Numbered from the stretch's first letter, positions 18,314 to 27,579 are shown. The stretch: DNA of 64,000 nt from an uncultured Alphaproteobacteria bacterium (GCA_902588745.1 CACIQI010000002.1:137519-201518); one strand, 5' to 3'. Notes: generated from the letters alone by a model not told the origin. A program made the numbers and translations.

Positions 18314-18490
18314 CTATCTTCTTTTTTTCTTCTTTTTAGCAGCTTTTTTCTTCTTCTTTTTAGGAGCTGCTTTTTTCTTTTTCTTAGGAGCAGCTTTTTT
18401 CTTTTTCTTTTTAGGAGCTGCTTTTTTCTTTTTCTTAGGAGCTGCTTTTTTCTTTTTCTTTGGAGCAGCTTTCTTTTTCTTCTTAGCCAT
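18314..18490 (-). CDS. Extremely basic lysine/alanine/proline tandem-repeat protein (58 aa; histone H1-like / polycationic)
   Basis: The sequence is MAKKKKKAAPKKKKKAAPKKKKKAAPKKKKKKAAPKKKKKAAPKKKKKKAAKKKKKRR. The ATG at 18490 is preceded by AAGGAG with a 6-nt spacer, and two terminators follow the gene. The track's longer 75-aa version starts at a TTG without an SD. Confidence 0.7.
   Translation of the reverse strand: MAKKKKKAAPKKKKKAAPKKKKKAAPKKKKKKAAPKKKKKAAPKKKKKKAAKKKKKRR
18330..18488. repeat. Intragenic tandem repeat, 24/27-bp unit in about 6 copies, forming a ~160-bp polypurine/polypyrimidine tract
   Basis: On the plus strand the unit TTAGGAGC(T/A)GCTTTTTTCTTTTTC(TTT) is repeated head-to-tail and encodes KKKKK(K)AAP on the minus strand. 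Confidence 0.85.
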
Positions 18491-18786
18491 AAAATACTCC
18501 TTGTATTTTGTTACCCCGGAGGAACCTCCCTCCTTTATCAACTTAATGATAATTAAAAAGGCTGACTATTTATTCCCAAAACTTACGGTTAAAGTCAACA
18601 ATATAGCAATATTTTAAAATTAATCTAATTATAGAATATTATTGTAACTTTTTAAAAAAAATTAATTTAAAAAAATTAATTTATTTTTATATTTTTTGGC
18701 AGAAAACTAATAATAAATAAACATTTTGCTATACAAAAATTTATCTTCATACTATTTAGTTATTATAATTTTTAAGCGATTTTATC

Positions 18787-21429
18787 ATGAAAAATATAAA
18801 TTCTTTTAATTCAGAGGACATAATTGAAATAAATGATCAAAAATATAAATATTTCGATTTAAATAAAGCAGTTGAACATTTTGATATTGATCTTAATAAA
18901 ATACCAATTTCTATTAAGATAATAATTGAAAATCTTCTAAGAAATGAAGACGAAGAGAATATTAATAAAGATATGATTTCTAAAGTTCTTTCCTCTTTAA
19001 ATCAAATTAACTCAAAAGAAGAAAAAATCGAAATAGCTTTCTTTCCTACACGTGTTCTAATGCAAGACTTTACTGGCGTACCTGCAGTTGCTGATCTTGC
19101 TGCAATGCGAAATGCGTTAAAATCTCGAGGAATTGAGCCAAAAAAAATAAACCCACTATCTAGGGTAGATCTAGTTATTGATCATTCTGTGATGGTAGAT
19201 AATTATAAAGATAATAATGCTTTGAAAGAAAATGTTAGAAAAGAATTCGATAGAAACAAAGAAAGATATGAATTTCTAAAATGGGGACAAAGTTCATTCG
19301 ATAACTTCTACCTTGTGCCCCCAGGAGCAGGCATCTGCCATCAAGTTAATCTAGAAAATATTGCTAAAACTATATGGTTGAAGAAAATCGATAATAAAAA
19401 CTATTTATTTCCAGACTCAGTAGTAGGAACTGATAGTCATACGACAATGGTTAACTCACTTTCTGTTTTAGGATGGGGTGTTGGAGGAATAGAAGCTGAG
19501 GCAGCTATGCTTGGTCAAGCTATTTCTATGAATATACCAGACGTAATTGGTTTTGAACTTAAAGGATCATTAAAGGAGGGAATTACCGCAACTGATTTAG
19601 TTTTATCTATAACTAAAATCCTTAGAGATAAAGGTGTTGTAGGAAAGTTTGTAGAATTTTTTGGTAGTGGTTTAAAAAATTTATCATTAGCTGATAGAGC
19701 AACAATTTCTAATATGGCACCAGAGTATGGAGCTACCTGTGGATTTTTTCCAACAGATCAAGAAACTATAAATTACTTAAAGTTAACTGGTAAAGAAATT
19801 GAACATCTAAATATTGTTAAAGAATATTCAAAAAAACAGACCCTTTGGGCAGATGAAAATTACTCACCTGATTATTCTGATAAAATATTATTGGACTTAG
19901 ATAAAGTAGAACCTACTCTAGCCGGCCCAAAAAGGCCTCAAGATAAAATTCTATTAAAAGAAGTTCCTAATGAATTTAACAAGATAGATAATAATCAAAG
20001 TAACAATAAAAATAAATTAAACGCTGGTGATATAGTTATAGCTGCAATTACTAGTTGTACAAATACATCTAATCCAAATGTTATGATTGCAGCAGGATTA
20101 GTTGCTAAAAAGGCAATTGAATTAGGTTTAGAGGTTAAGCCATGGGTTAAGACAAGTTTAGCTCCTGGCAGTAAAGTTGTAAGTGACTATCTGGATAAAG
20201 CTGGATTAACAAAATATCTTGATATTATTGGTTTTAAAACTGTTGGCTATGGATGCACAACTTGTATTGGTAATTCTGGGCCTTTAGATGAATGGGTTTC
20301 TCAGGAAGTAAGAAAAAATAATCTAACTGTTTGTTCTGTTTTATCTGGAAATAGAAATTTTGAAGGAAGAGTTCACCAAGAAGTTAAAGCGAATTTCCTT
20401 GCTTCCCCACCACTTGTTGTTGCATATGCTATTGCAGGAAATATTAATATTAACCTTACAACTGAATCTATTGGTAAATCTAAATTTGGTAAAGAAATAT
20501 TTTTAAAAGACCTATGGCCTTCAAATACTGAAATCAATCAAACACTTAGTAAATGCTTAACGCCATCAATGTTTAAAGAAAGATATAAAGAAATTTATAA
20601 AGGTGATGATAACTGGAAATCAATAAATAATAATAATAACACTACATATGATTGGAATGATAGTAGCACGTATATAAAACATCCTCCTTTTTTTGATACA
20701 GAAAACAAATTTGAATTAAAAGATATAAAAAATGCAAGAATACTGGCTTTGCTAGGTGATAGTGTAACAACAGATCATATTTCTCCAGCTGGAAGTATTA
20801 AAGAGGATAGTCCAGCAGGTGCTTATTTAACAGACAGACAAATTAATTCTAAAAATTTTAATTCCTATGGATCAAGACGTGGTAATCATGAAATTATGAT
20901 GAGAGGCACCTTTGCAAATATAAGAATCAAGAATATGATCTTAGATAATGTAGAAGGTGGTTACACAAAGTCATTTATATCAAATAAACAAATGTCAATA
21001 TATGATGCAGCTCAAGAATACATAAAGAGTAATATTGATACAGTTATAATTGCTGGCAAAGAATATGGCACCGGTTCATCAAGAGATTGGGCTGCTAAAG
21101 GAACAAGGCTTTTGGGTGTTAAAGCAGTTATTGCTGAAAGTTTTGAGAGAATTCACAGATCAAATTTAATTGGTATGGGAGTTTTGCCTCTTGAATTTGA
21201 AAATAAGCAAAATAAAACAAATCTTAATATCTTAGGAAATGAAACTATTTCTATTTTGGGTATGTCTGAATTAAAGCCAGGCGCGAAACTTAATTGCAAG
21301 ATTAATAGAGAAATAAATAATAGTATAGAGTTGAGGTGTAGAATAGATACAAATAAAGAGCTTGAATATTATAAAGCAGGAGGAATTTTAAATTACGTTT
21401 TAAATGAAATAATATCAGACGCTGCATAA
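18787..21429 (+). CDS. acnA: Aconitate hydratase A
   Basis: 880 aa with MQDFTGVPAVADLAAMR, VGTDSHTTM, ITSCTNTSNP, GCTTCIGNSG and SGNRNFEGR. Confidence 0.97.
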   Translation: MKNINSFNSEDIIEINDQKYKYFDLNKAVEHFDIDLNKIPISIKIIIENLLRNEDEENINKDMISKVLSSLNQINSKEEKIEIAFFPTRVLMQDFTGVPAVADLAAMRNALKSRGIEPKKINPLSRVDLVIDHSVMVDNYKDNNALKENVRKEFDRNKERYEFLKWGQSSFDNFYLVPPGAGICHQVNLENIAKTIWLKKIDNKNYLFPDSVVGTDSHTTMVNSLSVLGWGVGGIEAEAAMLGQAISMNIPDVIGFELKGSLKEGITATDLVLSITKILRDKGVVGKFVEFFGSGLKNLSLADRATISNMAPEYGATCGFFPTDQETINYLKLTGKEIEHLNIVKEYSKKQTLWADENYSPDYSDKILLDLDKVEPTLAGPKRPQDKILLKEVPNEFNKIDNNQSNNKNKLNAGDIVIAAITSCTNTSNPNVMIAAGLVAKKAIELGLEVKPWVKTSLAPGSKVVSDYLDKAGLTKYLDIIGFKTVGYGCTTCIGNSGPLDEWVSQEVRKNNLTVCSVLSGNRNFEGRVHQEVKANFLASPPLVVAYAIAGNININLTTESIGKSKFGKEIFLKDLWPSNTEINQTLSKCLTPSMFKERYKEIYKGDDNWKSINNNNNTTYDWNDSSTYIKHPPFFDTENKFELKDIKNARILALLGDSVTTDHISPAGSIKEDSPAGAYLTDRQINSKNFNSYGSRRGNHEIMMRGTFANIRIKNMILDNVEGGYTKSFISNKQMSIYDAAQEYIKSNIDTVIIAGKEYGTGSSRDWAAKGTRLLGVKAVIAESFERIHRSNLIGMGVLPLEFENKQNKTNLNILGNETISILGMSELKPGAKLNCKINREINNSIELRCRIDTNKELEYYKAGGILNYVLNEIISDAA

Positions 21430-21433
21430 TGCC

Positions 21434-23983
21434 ATGTCTTTCGAAGATGACAATCTATTAGCTATACTTGGGCCTACTAATACTGGCAAAACTTACACAG
21501 CTTTCGAAAAATTTTTTTCATTTTCTTCAGGCATTTTTGGTTTTCCACTAAGATTACTTGCCAGAGAGAATTATGATAAAGCAGTAAAAAAAATAGGACT
21601 TAGCAATGTTGCATTAATCACTGGTGAAGAAAAAATTATTCCAAAAGAGGCTAAGTATTTTTTTTGTACTGTTGAGTCAATGCCAAATAACATTTCTGTA
21701 GATTGTGTAATTATAGATGAAATTCAGCTAGCTGCTGATTACGAGAGAGGACACATTTTTACTGATAGAATTTTAAATTTGAGAGGTAACTTCCAAACAA
21801 TTTTTCTAGGTTCATTGAATATAGAAGATATATTAAAGAAAATTTATCCAAGCATCATAATAGAAAAAAAAAATAGATTTTCTCAACTTACATTTCTAAG
21901 GAAACAAAATATTTCTAAATTAGAACCAAGATCTGCAATAATAGCGTTTAATATTAATAAAGTTTATGAAATTGCAGAAAATATAAGAACCCATAAAGGT
22001 GGAACCGCAGTAGTTTTAGGATCACTTAGTCCAAGGACTAGAAATGCTCAAGTTGAAGTATATGAAAATAAAAATGTTGATTATCTAGTGGCTACAGATG
22101 CTATTGGAATGGGATTAAATCTTAATATTAATCACGTAAGTTTTTCATCTTTAGAAAAATTTGATGGAAGATATAACCGCAATCTCGCTCCAAATGAATT
22201 AGGTCAAATTGCAGGTAGGGCAGGTAGATATAAACAAGATGGCACTTTTAGTTACACAAAGGAAGCGGGCAACTTAGATCCTTTAATTATACAAAGAATA
22301 GAAACACACAATTTTGATAATATTCAAAAAATTTATTGGAGAAATAGTAATTTAAATTTTAATTCAATTGAAACACTTTTAAGTTCATTAAAACAATACC
22401 CGATTCATAATTACTTCATTCATAAGAAAAATGCTCTGGATGAGATAAATTTACGAAATTTAATTAATGATAATGAAATTAAAAAATTTCTTTCATCAAG
22501 AAGGAATCTGAAGCTTTTATGGGATATTTGTCAAATACCAGATTTTGAAAAATTATTTAATGAAAATTATATATTACTTTTGAAAGATATATATCTTACT
22601 CTAATTAATAACAACTATACTATTCCTGAAGTATGGATAGATAATAAGGTAAGCAGACTAAATAATTTTGGCGGAGGTATACCTGAACTCTCAATTAAAA
22701 TTTCTCAAATTAGAACTTGGACATATATCTCCAACAACTATGATTGGCTTAAAAATAGCTATTATTGGAGAGAAAAAACTCAACATATAGAAAATGAATT
22801 GTCTGACCAATTACACAATAATCTCACAAAAAAATTTATTGATTATTCATCCAAATTTTTTATTGGGGAACAAAAACATAAAAAAATTCAAGATATTTTC
22901 ATAAAAAATAGCAACGAAATTTTTCTAGATACATATAAATATGGAATTATAAAAGGTTTTGATCTAATTGAAGATAAAAAAATATTTTCACAATCTCTTT
23001 TTTCGATTAGTAATATAAAAAAATCAGTTAGAAATATGATTAATGAAAAAGTAGAGAATTTTTTAAATGCACCATTAAATTCATTAACTTTTGGTGATGT
23101 TAGTAAGATTAAAATAAAAGACGATACTTTTATTTATTGGGGAGAGGAGCCAGTCGGTAAATTAAAAAAAGGTAAATCAATTTTTAAACCTACTCCTGAA
23201 GCTTTAAATTCAGAATATTTATCTTCAGAAAATAAATTGCTAATATCAGCAAAACTTCAAAAATGGTTTAATAATGAGATTAATGAAACACTTCATCCAC
23301 TTTTTAAAAATTTAGACTCAAATATAAACTCAGAAATTAGAGCCATAGCTTTTAATTGCTTTGAAAACTTTGGTAATTATCCAATTGAAAAATTTAAAGA
23401 TACAATTAAAAATATCTCACAAGAAAGTAAAGTTCAGCTATCTAAATTAGGTATTAGAATTGGGGCAAAATATTTTTTTGTACCAAATCTATTAAAGAAA
23501 AAGCCATTAGAGTTTTGTGCAATTTTGTGGAAAATATTTTATCAAAACGATAAGGATGATTTCTTACCACTACCATTAAATGGAAGAGTTTCTTTTACAT
23601 CAAAAACTAAAATGCCTGATAACTATTGGCAATCTATAGGATATATAAATGTTAAAAATTTTATCTTTAGAATAGATGTTTTTGAAAAAGTTTTTTTTAT
23701 AGCAAGACAGAAGCTAAAAAAAGGTCCTTTTTTAGAGTCCTCTGATCTTATGAATCCAATAGGGTGTAATAGTAATCAATTAAAAGGTATATTAGCTTTT
23801 TGTGGTTATGAGTTTATAATTCTTTCAGATGAAAAAAAACTATATTTTCTTTCTGATAAGAAAAAAGAAACAAAAAAATTACTAAAAAATAAAGTTAACA
23901 AAAAAATAATTAATAAATCAGAAAATAATAAAATAAAAGGAGATCCTAATTCTCCATTTGCGGTTTTAGAAAAACTTCTTTAA
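21434..23983 (+). CDS. SUV3-like ATP-dependent helicase with a long C-terminal extension
   Basis: 849 aa with GPTNTGKTY (Walker A), LRLLARE, ITGEEK, IDEIQL, LVATDAIGMGLNLNINHV and QIAGRAGR, matching the Suv3/SUPV3L1 pattern. About 450 aa of the C-terminus is unassigned. Confidence 0.85.
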   Translation: MSFEDDNLLAILGPTNTGKTYTAFEKFFSFSSGIFGFPLRLLARENYDKAVKKIGLSNVALITGEEKIIPKEAKYFFCTVESMPNNISVDCVIIDEIQLAADYERGHIFTDRILNLRGNFQTIFLGSLNIEDILKKIYPSIIIEKKNRFSQLTFLRKQNISKLEPRSAIIAFNINKVYEIAENIRTHKGGTAVVLGSLSPRTRNAQVEVYENKNVDYLVATDAIGMGLNLNINHVSFSSLEKFDGRYNRNLAPNELGQIAGRAGRYKQDGTFSYTKEAGNLDPLIIQRIETHNFDNIQKIYWRNSNLNFNSIETLLSSLKQYPIHNYFIHKKNALDEINLRNLINDNEIKKFLSSRRNLKLLWDICQIPDFEKLFNENYILLLKDIYLTLINNNYTIPEVWIDNKVSRLNNFGGGIPELSIKISQIRTWTYISNNYDWLKNSYYWREKTQHIENELSDQLHNNLTKKFIDYSSKFFIGEQKHKKIQDIFIKNSNEIFLDTYKYGIIKGFDLIEDKKIFSQSLFSISNIKKSVRNMINEKVENFLNAPLNSLTFGDVSKIKIKDDTFIYWGEEPVGKLKKGKSIFKPTPEALNSEYLSSENKLLISAKLQKWFNNEINETLHPLFKNLDSNINSEIRAIAFNCFENFGNYPIEKFKDTIKNISQESKVQLSKLGIRIGAKYFFVPNLLKKKPLEFCAILWKIFYQNDKDDFLPLPLNGRVSFTSKTKMPDNYWQSIGYINVKNFIFRIDVFEKVFFIARQKLKKGPFLESSDLMNPIGCNSNQLKGILAFCGYEFIILSDEKKLYFLSDKKKETKKLLKNKVNKKIINKSENNKIKGDPNSPFAVLEKLL

Positions 23984-24002
23984 AAGTATTAAAGGATACA
24001 AT

Positions 24003-24452
24003 TTGATCAATTTATTAAAAAAAATTTTAAATAATAATAGTTCTGAAGATGAGATTGATTACAATAAAAATTTAGAATTGTTAGCCGGCTTAATGATAGA
24101 AGCTGCATATACAGATGGTCAAATCGATAACAGTGAATTAGATAAAATTAAGTTAAGTTTAGTAAATGTTTTTGATGAGCGCCCCAAAGAAGTCGATTTA
24201 GTACTTGAAGAAGCTGTAAAAAACAAAAATAATTCCAAATCCCTTCACCATTATACATCTTACATAAATAAAAATTTTAATGATAATAAAAAAATTCTTC
24301 TTATTGAAACATTGTGGGAAATTGTACTTTCTGATGGTGAGGTTCATGATTTTGAAGCAAATCTTATAAGAAGACTTGCTGGATTACTTTATATTTCTGA
24401 TGTAAACTCTGGAAATGCCAGAAAAAGAGCTCTAGATAAAAATAAAAATTAA
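24003..24452 (+). CDS. TerB-family (tellurite-resistance TerB-like) protein
   Basis: 149 aa with a TTG start. It shows a two-repeat pattern, [16 protein letters not shown] ... [21 protein letters not shown], typical of the TerB fold. Confidence 0.7.
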   Translation: MINLLKKILNNNSSEDEIDYNKNLELLAGLMIEAAYTDGQIDNSELDKIKLSLVNVFDERPKEVDLVLEEAVKNKNNSKSLHHYTSYINKNFNDNKKILLIETLWEIVLSDGEVHDFEANLIRRLAGLLYISDVNSGNARKRALDKNKN

Positions 24453-24459
24453 ATTTATT

Positions 24460-24792
24460 ATGACATACGTTGTTGATGAAAAATGTATAAAGTGCAAACA
24501 TATGGATTGTGTAGAGGTTTGTCCCGTTGATTGTTTTTATGAGGGTGAAAATATGTTAGTTATCCACCCTGATGAATGCATAGATTGTGGTGTTTGCGAA
24601 CCAGAATGTCCTGTTGAGGCAATTTTATCTGATACTGAGGATGGAATAGAAAAATGGGCTGAAGTTAATAGAAAATATTCTGAAATTTGGCCTAACATTA
24701 GAGAAAAAAAAGAACCTCCCGCTGATGCAGAAAAATGGCAAAATATTCAAGATAAATTTGCTAAACACTTTAGTGAAAAACCAGGAAGATAA
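24460..24792 (+). CDS. fdxA: Ferredoxin, 7Fe type ([3Fe-4S][4Fe-4S])
   Basis: 110 aa with [25 protein letters not shown] and [17 protein letters not shown]. Confidence 0.93.
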   Translation: MTYVVDEKCIKCKHMDCVEVCPVDCFYEGENMLVIHPDECIDCGVCEPECPVEAILSDTEDGIEKWAEVNRKYSEIWPNIREKKEPPADAEKWQNIQDKFAKHFSEKPGR

Positions 24793-25296
24793 ATGAATGC
24801 AAAAAAAAATTCTGAATTTAAAATAGGCGAAATTGTTGTCTATCCTAAGCATGGCGTTGGAGAAATTACAAAAATAGAAAATATGGAGATCTCTAATATC
24901 AAAACAAGTTTTTATGTTGTCAAGATGGAACAATCGAAATTAGTTATTAGAGTACCTCTTGATAAAAAAGATGAGGTTGGTTTAAGAAAAATCTCATCAA
25001 AAAAAATCATTGAAGAAGTTTATTCCACTCTAAAACTAAAACCAAAGATAAGAAGAATTATGTGGAGTAGAAGAGCACAAGAATATGAAACAAAAATTTT
25101 TTCTGGTGATCCTATAAAAATTTCTGAGGTAGTTAGAGATTTATTTAGAAAAAGTAGTCAAGCAGAACAGTCATACAGTGAAAGACAAATGTTTCAAGTT
25201 GCTATTGAAAGATTAGCTAGAGAAGTTGCAGCAGTTGAAAAAACAGATTATTTTCAATCAACAGAGAAAATAGAACAAATTTTGAATAAAAAATAA
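24793..25296 (+). CDS. carD: CarD family transcriptional regulator
   Basis: 167 aa. The N-terminal Tudor-like FKIGEIVVYPKHGVGEITKIE is present, followed by a C-terminal helical domain. Confidence 0.9.
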   Translation: MNAKKNSEFKIGEIVVYPKHGVGEITKIENMEISNIKTSFYVVKMEQSKLVIRVPLDKKDEVGLRKISSKKIIEEVYSTLKLKPKIRRIMWSRRAQEYETKIFSGDPIKISEVVRDLFRKSSQAEQSYSERQMFQVAIERLAREVAAVEKTDYFQSTEKIEQILNKK

Positions 25297-25300
25297 TATC

Positions 25301-26113
25301 TTGGATAACATTAGTAACTTTATAGAATTAAATAAAACCAATAAGATATGGGCAATAGGCTCAATTCATTCAAACCTAAGTTCTTTTAATTCAATAAAAA
25401 AATTTATTTTAAAAAATTTTGATATTGACGATAAGCTGATTTTTTTAGGAAATATTATAGGACTTGGAGATAATTCTAAAGAGACTTTAAGTAGTGTGAT
25501 TGATCTTAGATTTAATTTAATGTCAAAATTTAATCTAAAGCCCGAGTCAATTATTTTTTTAAGAGGAGCTCAAGAAGAAATGTTTAGTAAATTATTGCAA
25601 CTACAACTTGCTCCTAATCCAACCGAAATAGTTCAGTGGATGTTTGATCATGGTGTAAATAAAACTATTGAATCTTATGGTTTTTCTGAACATGAAGTTA
25701 AAAATATAGCTTCATCAGGAACAATTAATATTTCAAAATGGACAGCAAATTTAAACAAAGCTGTACAACTAACTCCTGGACATACACAATATTTTTTAAA
25801 TTTGAAGCATGCAGCATATTCACACACAAAAAAAATTTTATTTGTTAATCGGGGTGTAGATATAACAAGGCCCTTGTCAGCACAAAATGATTGTTTTTGG
25901 TGGGGATTTCAAAATTTTTCTAAATTACAAGAACCATATAAGACCTTTTCCAGAATAGTTAGGGGCTACGAATCTGAACATTTGAATAAATCAGAAATTT
26001 TAAATCAAAAAGTTGTTTGTACTCTTTTTAAACAGCCTCTCTCAAATAAAAATATTTTATGCGGAATTTTTGGAGAAAATGGCGAGATATTAGATTTATT
26101 TGAAAATAATTGA
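25301..26113 (+). CDS. Metallophosphoesterase (PPP/ApaH-like) homolog with substituted metal-ligand motifs
   Basis: 270 aa with a TTG start. Colinear motif positions read AIGSIHSN, IFLGNIIGLGDNS and FLRGAQEEMF in place of canonical GDxHG, GDxxDRG and GNHE. Confidence 0.6.
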   Translation: MDNISNFIELNKTNKIWAIGSIHSNLSSFNSIKKFILKNFDIDDKLIFLGNIIGLGDNSKETLSSVIDLRFNLMSKFNLKPESIIFLRGAQEEMFSKLLQLQLAPNPTEIVQWMFDHGVNKTIESYGFSEHEVKNIASSGTINISKWTANLNKAVQLTPGHTQYFLNLKHAAYSHTKKILFVNRGVDITRPLSAQNDCFWWGFQNFSKLQEPYKTFSRIVRGYESEHLNKSEILNQKVVCTLFKQPLSNKNILCGIFGENGEILDLFENN

Positions 26114-26144
26114 TCCAAATAAATAAACTTACGTATAATTATAT

Positions 26145-27011
26145 ATGTTTAATAAAAACCTCTTTCATTCTAACAATTTGATAGAAATATCAAAAAAAGC
26201 AGCAATTCTTGAGAAAGATGAGGAATTTAAGTTAATTAACGATTGGAGAGATAACAAAACCCCAAGATCACTGCAAAAAATTTTACATTCATATCTTAGG
26301 TTAGCAATATCTTATGCTAGAAAATATTCTAGTTACGGATTACCTATTGACGACTTGATACATGAGGGTGTTCTTGGCATAATGCATGCACTCGAAAAAT
26401 TTGATACATCTAAAGATTTTAGGCTCTCAACTTACGCATCTTGGTGGATAAGAGCATCTATTCAAGATTATATATTAAAAAATTGGTCTGTTGTTAGAAC
26501 TGGTTCTACTGCATCTCAAAAGGCACTTTTTTTTAACCTAAAAAAAATTAAACAACAGATAAATGATGTTTCAAGAGAGTTTATGGGTCAGGATGAATTA
26601 AATAAAGTATCAAATATGCTTAATGTAAAATCTATTGAAGTTCAAAATATGGAGTCTAGACTAACTGGTGGAGATTTACACCTTAATCAAAAAGTAGATA
26701 ATGAGAATGAGAATGACCTAATGAGTCTATTAGCTGACGATCGTCAAAATCCAGAAGAAACTTATGAAGATTTTAATGATAAGAATATAAAAAAAGATTT
26801 TATTAATAAAGCTATAAATACTCTAAATGAAAGAGAAAAAACAATAATACGTCTTAGAAAATTTAAAGAAAAAAGTATTACTCTTGATGAATTAGGACAG
26901 ATGCTAAAAATTAGTAAAGAGAGAGTAAGACAAATAGAAACAAAAGCATTAGAAAAACTCAAAAAATCATTATTAGATATTTCCCAACAAAATAAAGAAT
27001 TTTTTATTTGA
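26145..27011 (+). CDS. rpoH: RNA polymerase sigma-32 (heat-shock sigma factor)
   Basis: 288 aa with an RpoH-box-like QKALFFNLKKIK, region 2 DLIHEGVLGIMHALEKFD and region 4 LGQMLKISKERVRQIETKAL. Confidence 0.93.
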   Translation: MFNKNLFHSNNLIEISKKAAILEKDEEFKLINDWRDNKTPRSLQKILHSYLRLAISYARKYSSYGLPIDDLIHEGVLGIMHALEKFDTSKDFRLSTYASWWIRASIQDYILKNWSVVRTGSTASQKALFFNLKKIKQQINDVSREFMGQDELNKVSNMLNVKSIEVQNMESRLTGGDLHLNQKVDNENENDLMSLLADDRQNPEETYEDFNDKNIKKDFINKAINTLNEREKTIIRLRKFKEKSITLDELGQMLKISKERVRQIETKALEKLKKSLLDISQQNKEFFI

Positions 27012-27042
27012 TAGCTAAATCAAATAATTATAAAATAATTCA

Positions 27043-27573
27043 ATGTTCAAATTATATTTAATTCTATCAATAGTTCTATTTACAACCTCAAGTTTTAGTA
27101 AAGGAACAAATATTATTGGATTAGGTCTTTATGATGTAAGATTTGATGGCTCAGATCAAGAACAAGCAGCTGATTTTAGATACGAATTTAGAAGTGATAA
27201 AACCCTGTTCGATATCGGACCTGAAGAAGACAATTTTTTTTTTCTTAAACCTTTTTTTGGTTTTGAATTTACGAGCGATTCTGCATCATACCTTTTAACA
27301 GGCATCTATGTTGAAGATAATGTTGGTGAATTATTTGAAGGTAAAAGTAATGACTTTTATTTCACACCTAGCCTTGGTTTTGGTTATTATGATGATGGTT
27401 CAGGAAAGAAATTAGGATACGATATTCAATTTAGAACTTCTCTTGAAGTAAGTTATGAATTAAAAACTAAAAGTAGACTAGCAATTTCATTTAGCCATAT
27501 CTCTAACGCAAATATTGGTGATAAAAATCCTGGAGTCGAAACAATTAGTATTTTGTACCATATTCCTTATTAG
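27043..27573 (+). CDS. Outer-membrane acyloxyacyl hydrolase / lipid A 3-O-deacylase (PagL)-like beta-barrel
   Basis: 176 aa with a signal peptide and alternating beta-strand pattern. The C-terminal SFSHISNANIG...Y matches the H.SN catalytic motif of the PagL family. Confidence 0.65.
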   Translation: MFKLYLILSIVLFTTSSFSKGTNIIGLGLYDVRFDGSDQEQAADFRYEFRSDKTLFDIGPEEDNFFFLKPFFGFEFTSDSASYLLTGIYVEDNVGELFEGKSNDFYFTPSLGFGYYDDGSGKKLGYDIQFRTSLEVSYELKTKSRLAISFSHISNANIGDKNPGVETISILYHIPY

Positions 27574-27579
27574 TAAAAC

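Noticed and set aside
18491-18541. A 17-codon N-terminal extension (MIKEGGSSGVTKYKEYF) of the Lys-rich ORF given by the track.
   Set aside because: The extension would start at a TTG with no SD. The internal ATG at 18490 has AAGGAG at optimal spacing, and the extension region is better explained as a structured leader.
18544-18555. TAATGATAATTA, resembling half of a Fur box, between the Lys-rich gene and acnA.
   Set aside because: Only about 10 of 19 consensus positions are present and the second half-site is missing. AT-rich partial matches are common here.
18303-18617. A 104-aa poly-Phe/Ala/Leu ORF on the + strand (FFFFLGAAFFFF...).
   Set aside because: It is the antisense reading of the lysine-repeat gene, with AAA/AAG read as TTT/CTT. 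It has no SD, and its terminators are oriented for the minus-strand gene.
18654-18682. A direct repeat AAAAAATTAATTTA x2 upstream of acnA.
   Set aside because: It is low-complexity A/T sequence. It is possibly an A-tract or UP-like element, but it cannot be distinguished from background composition by eye.
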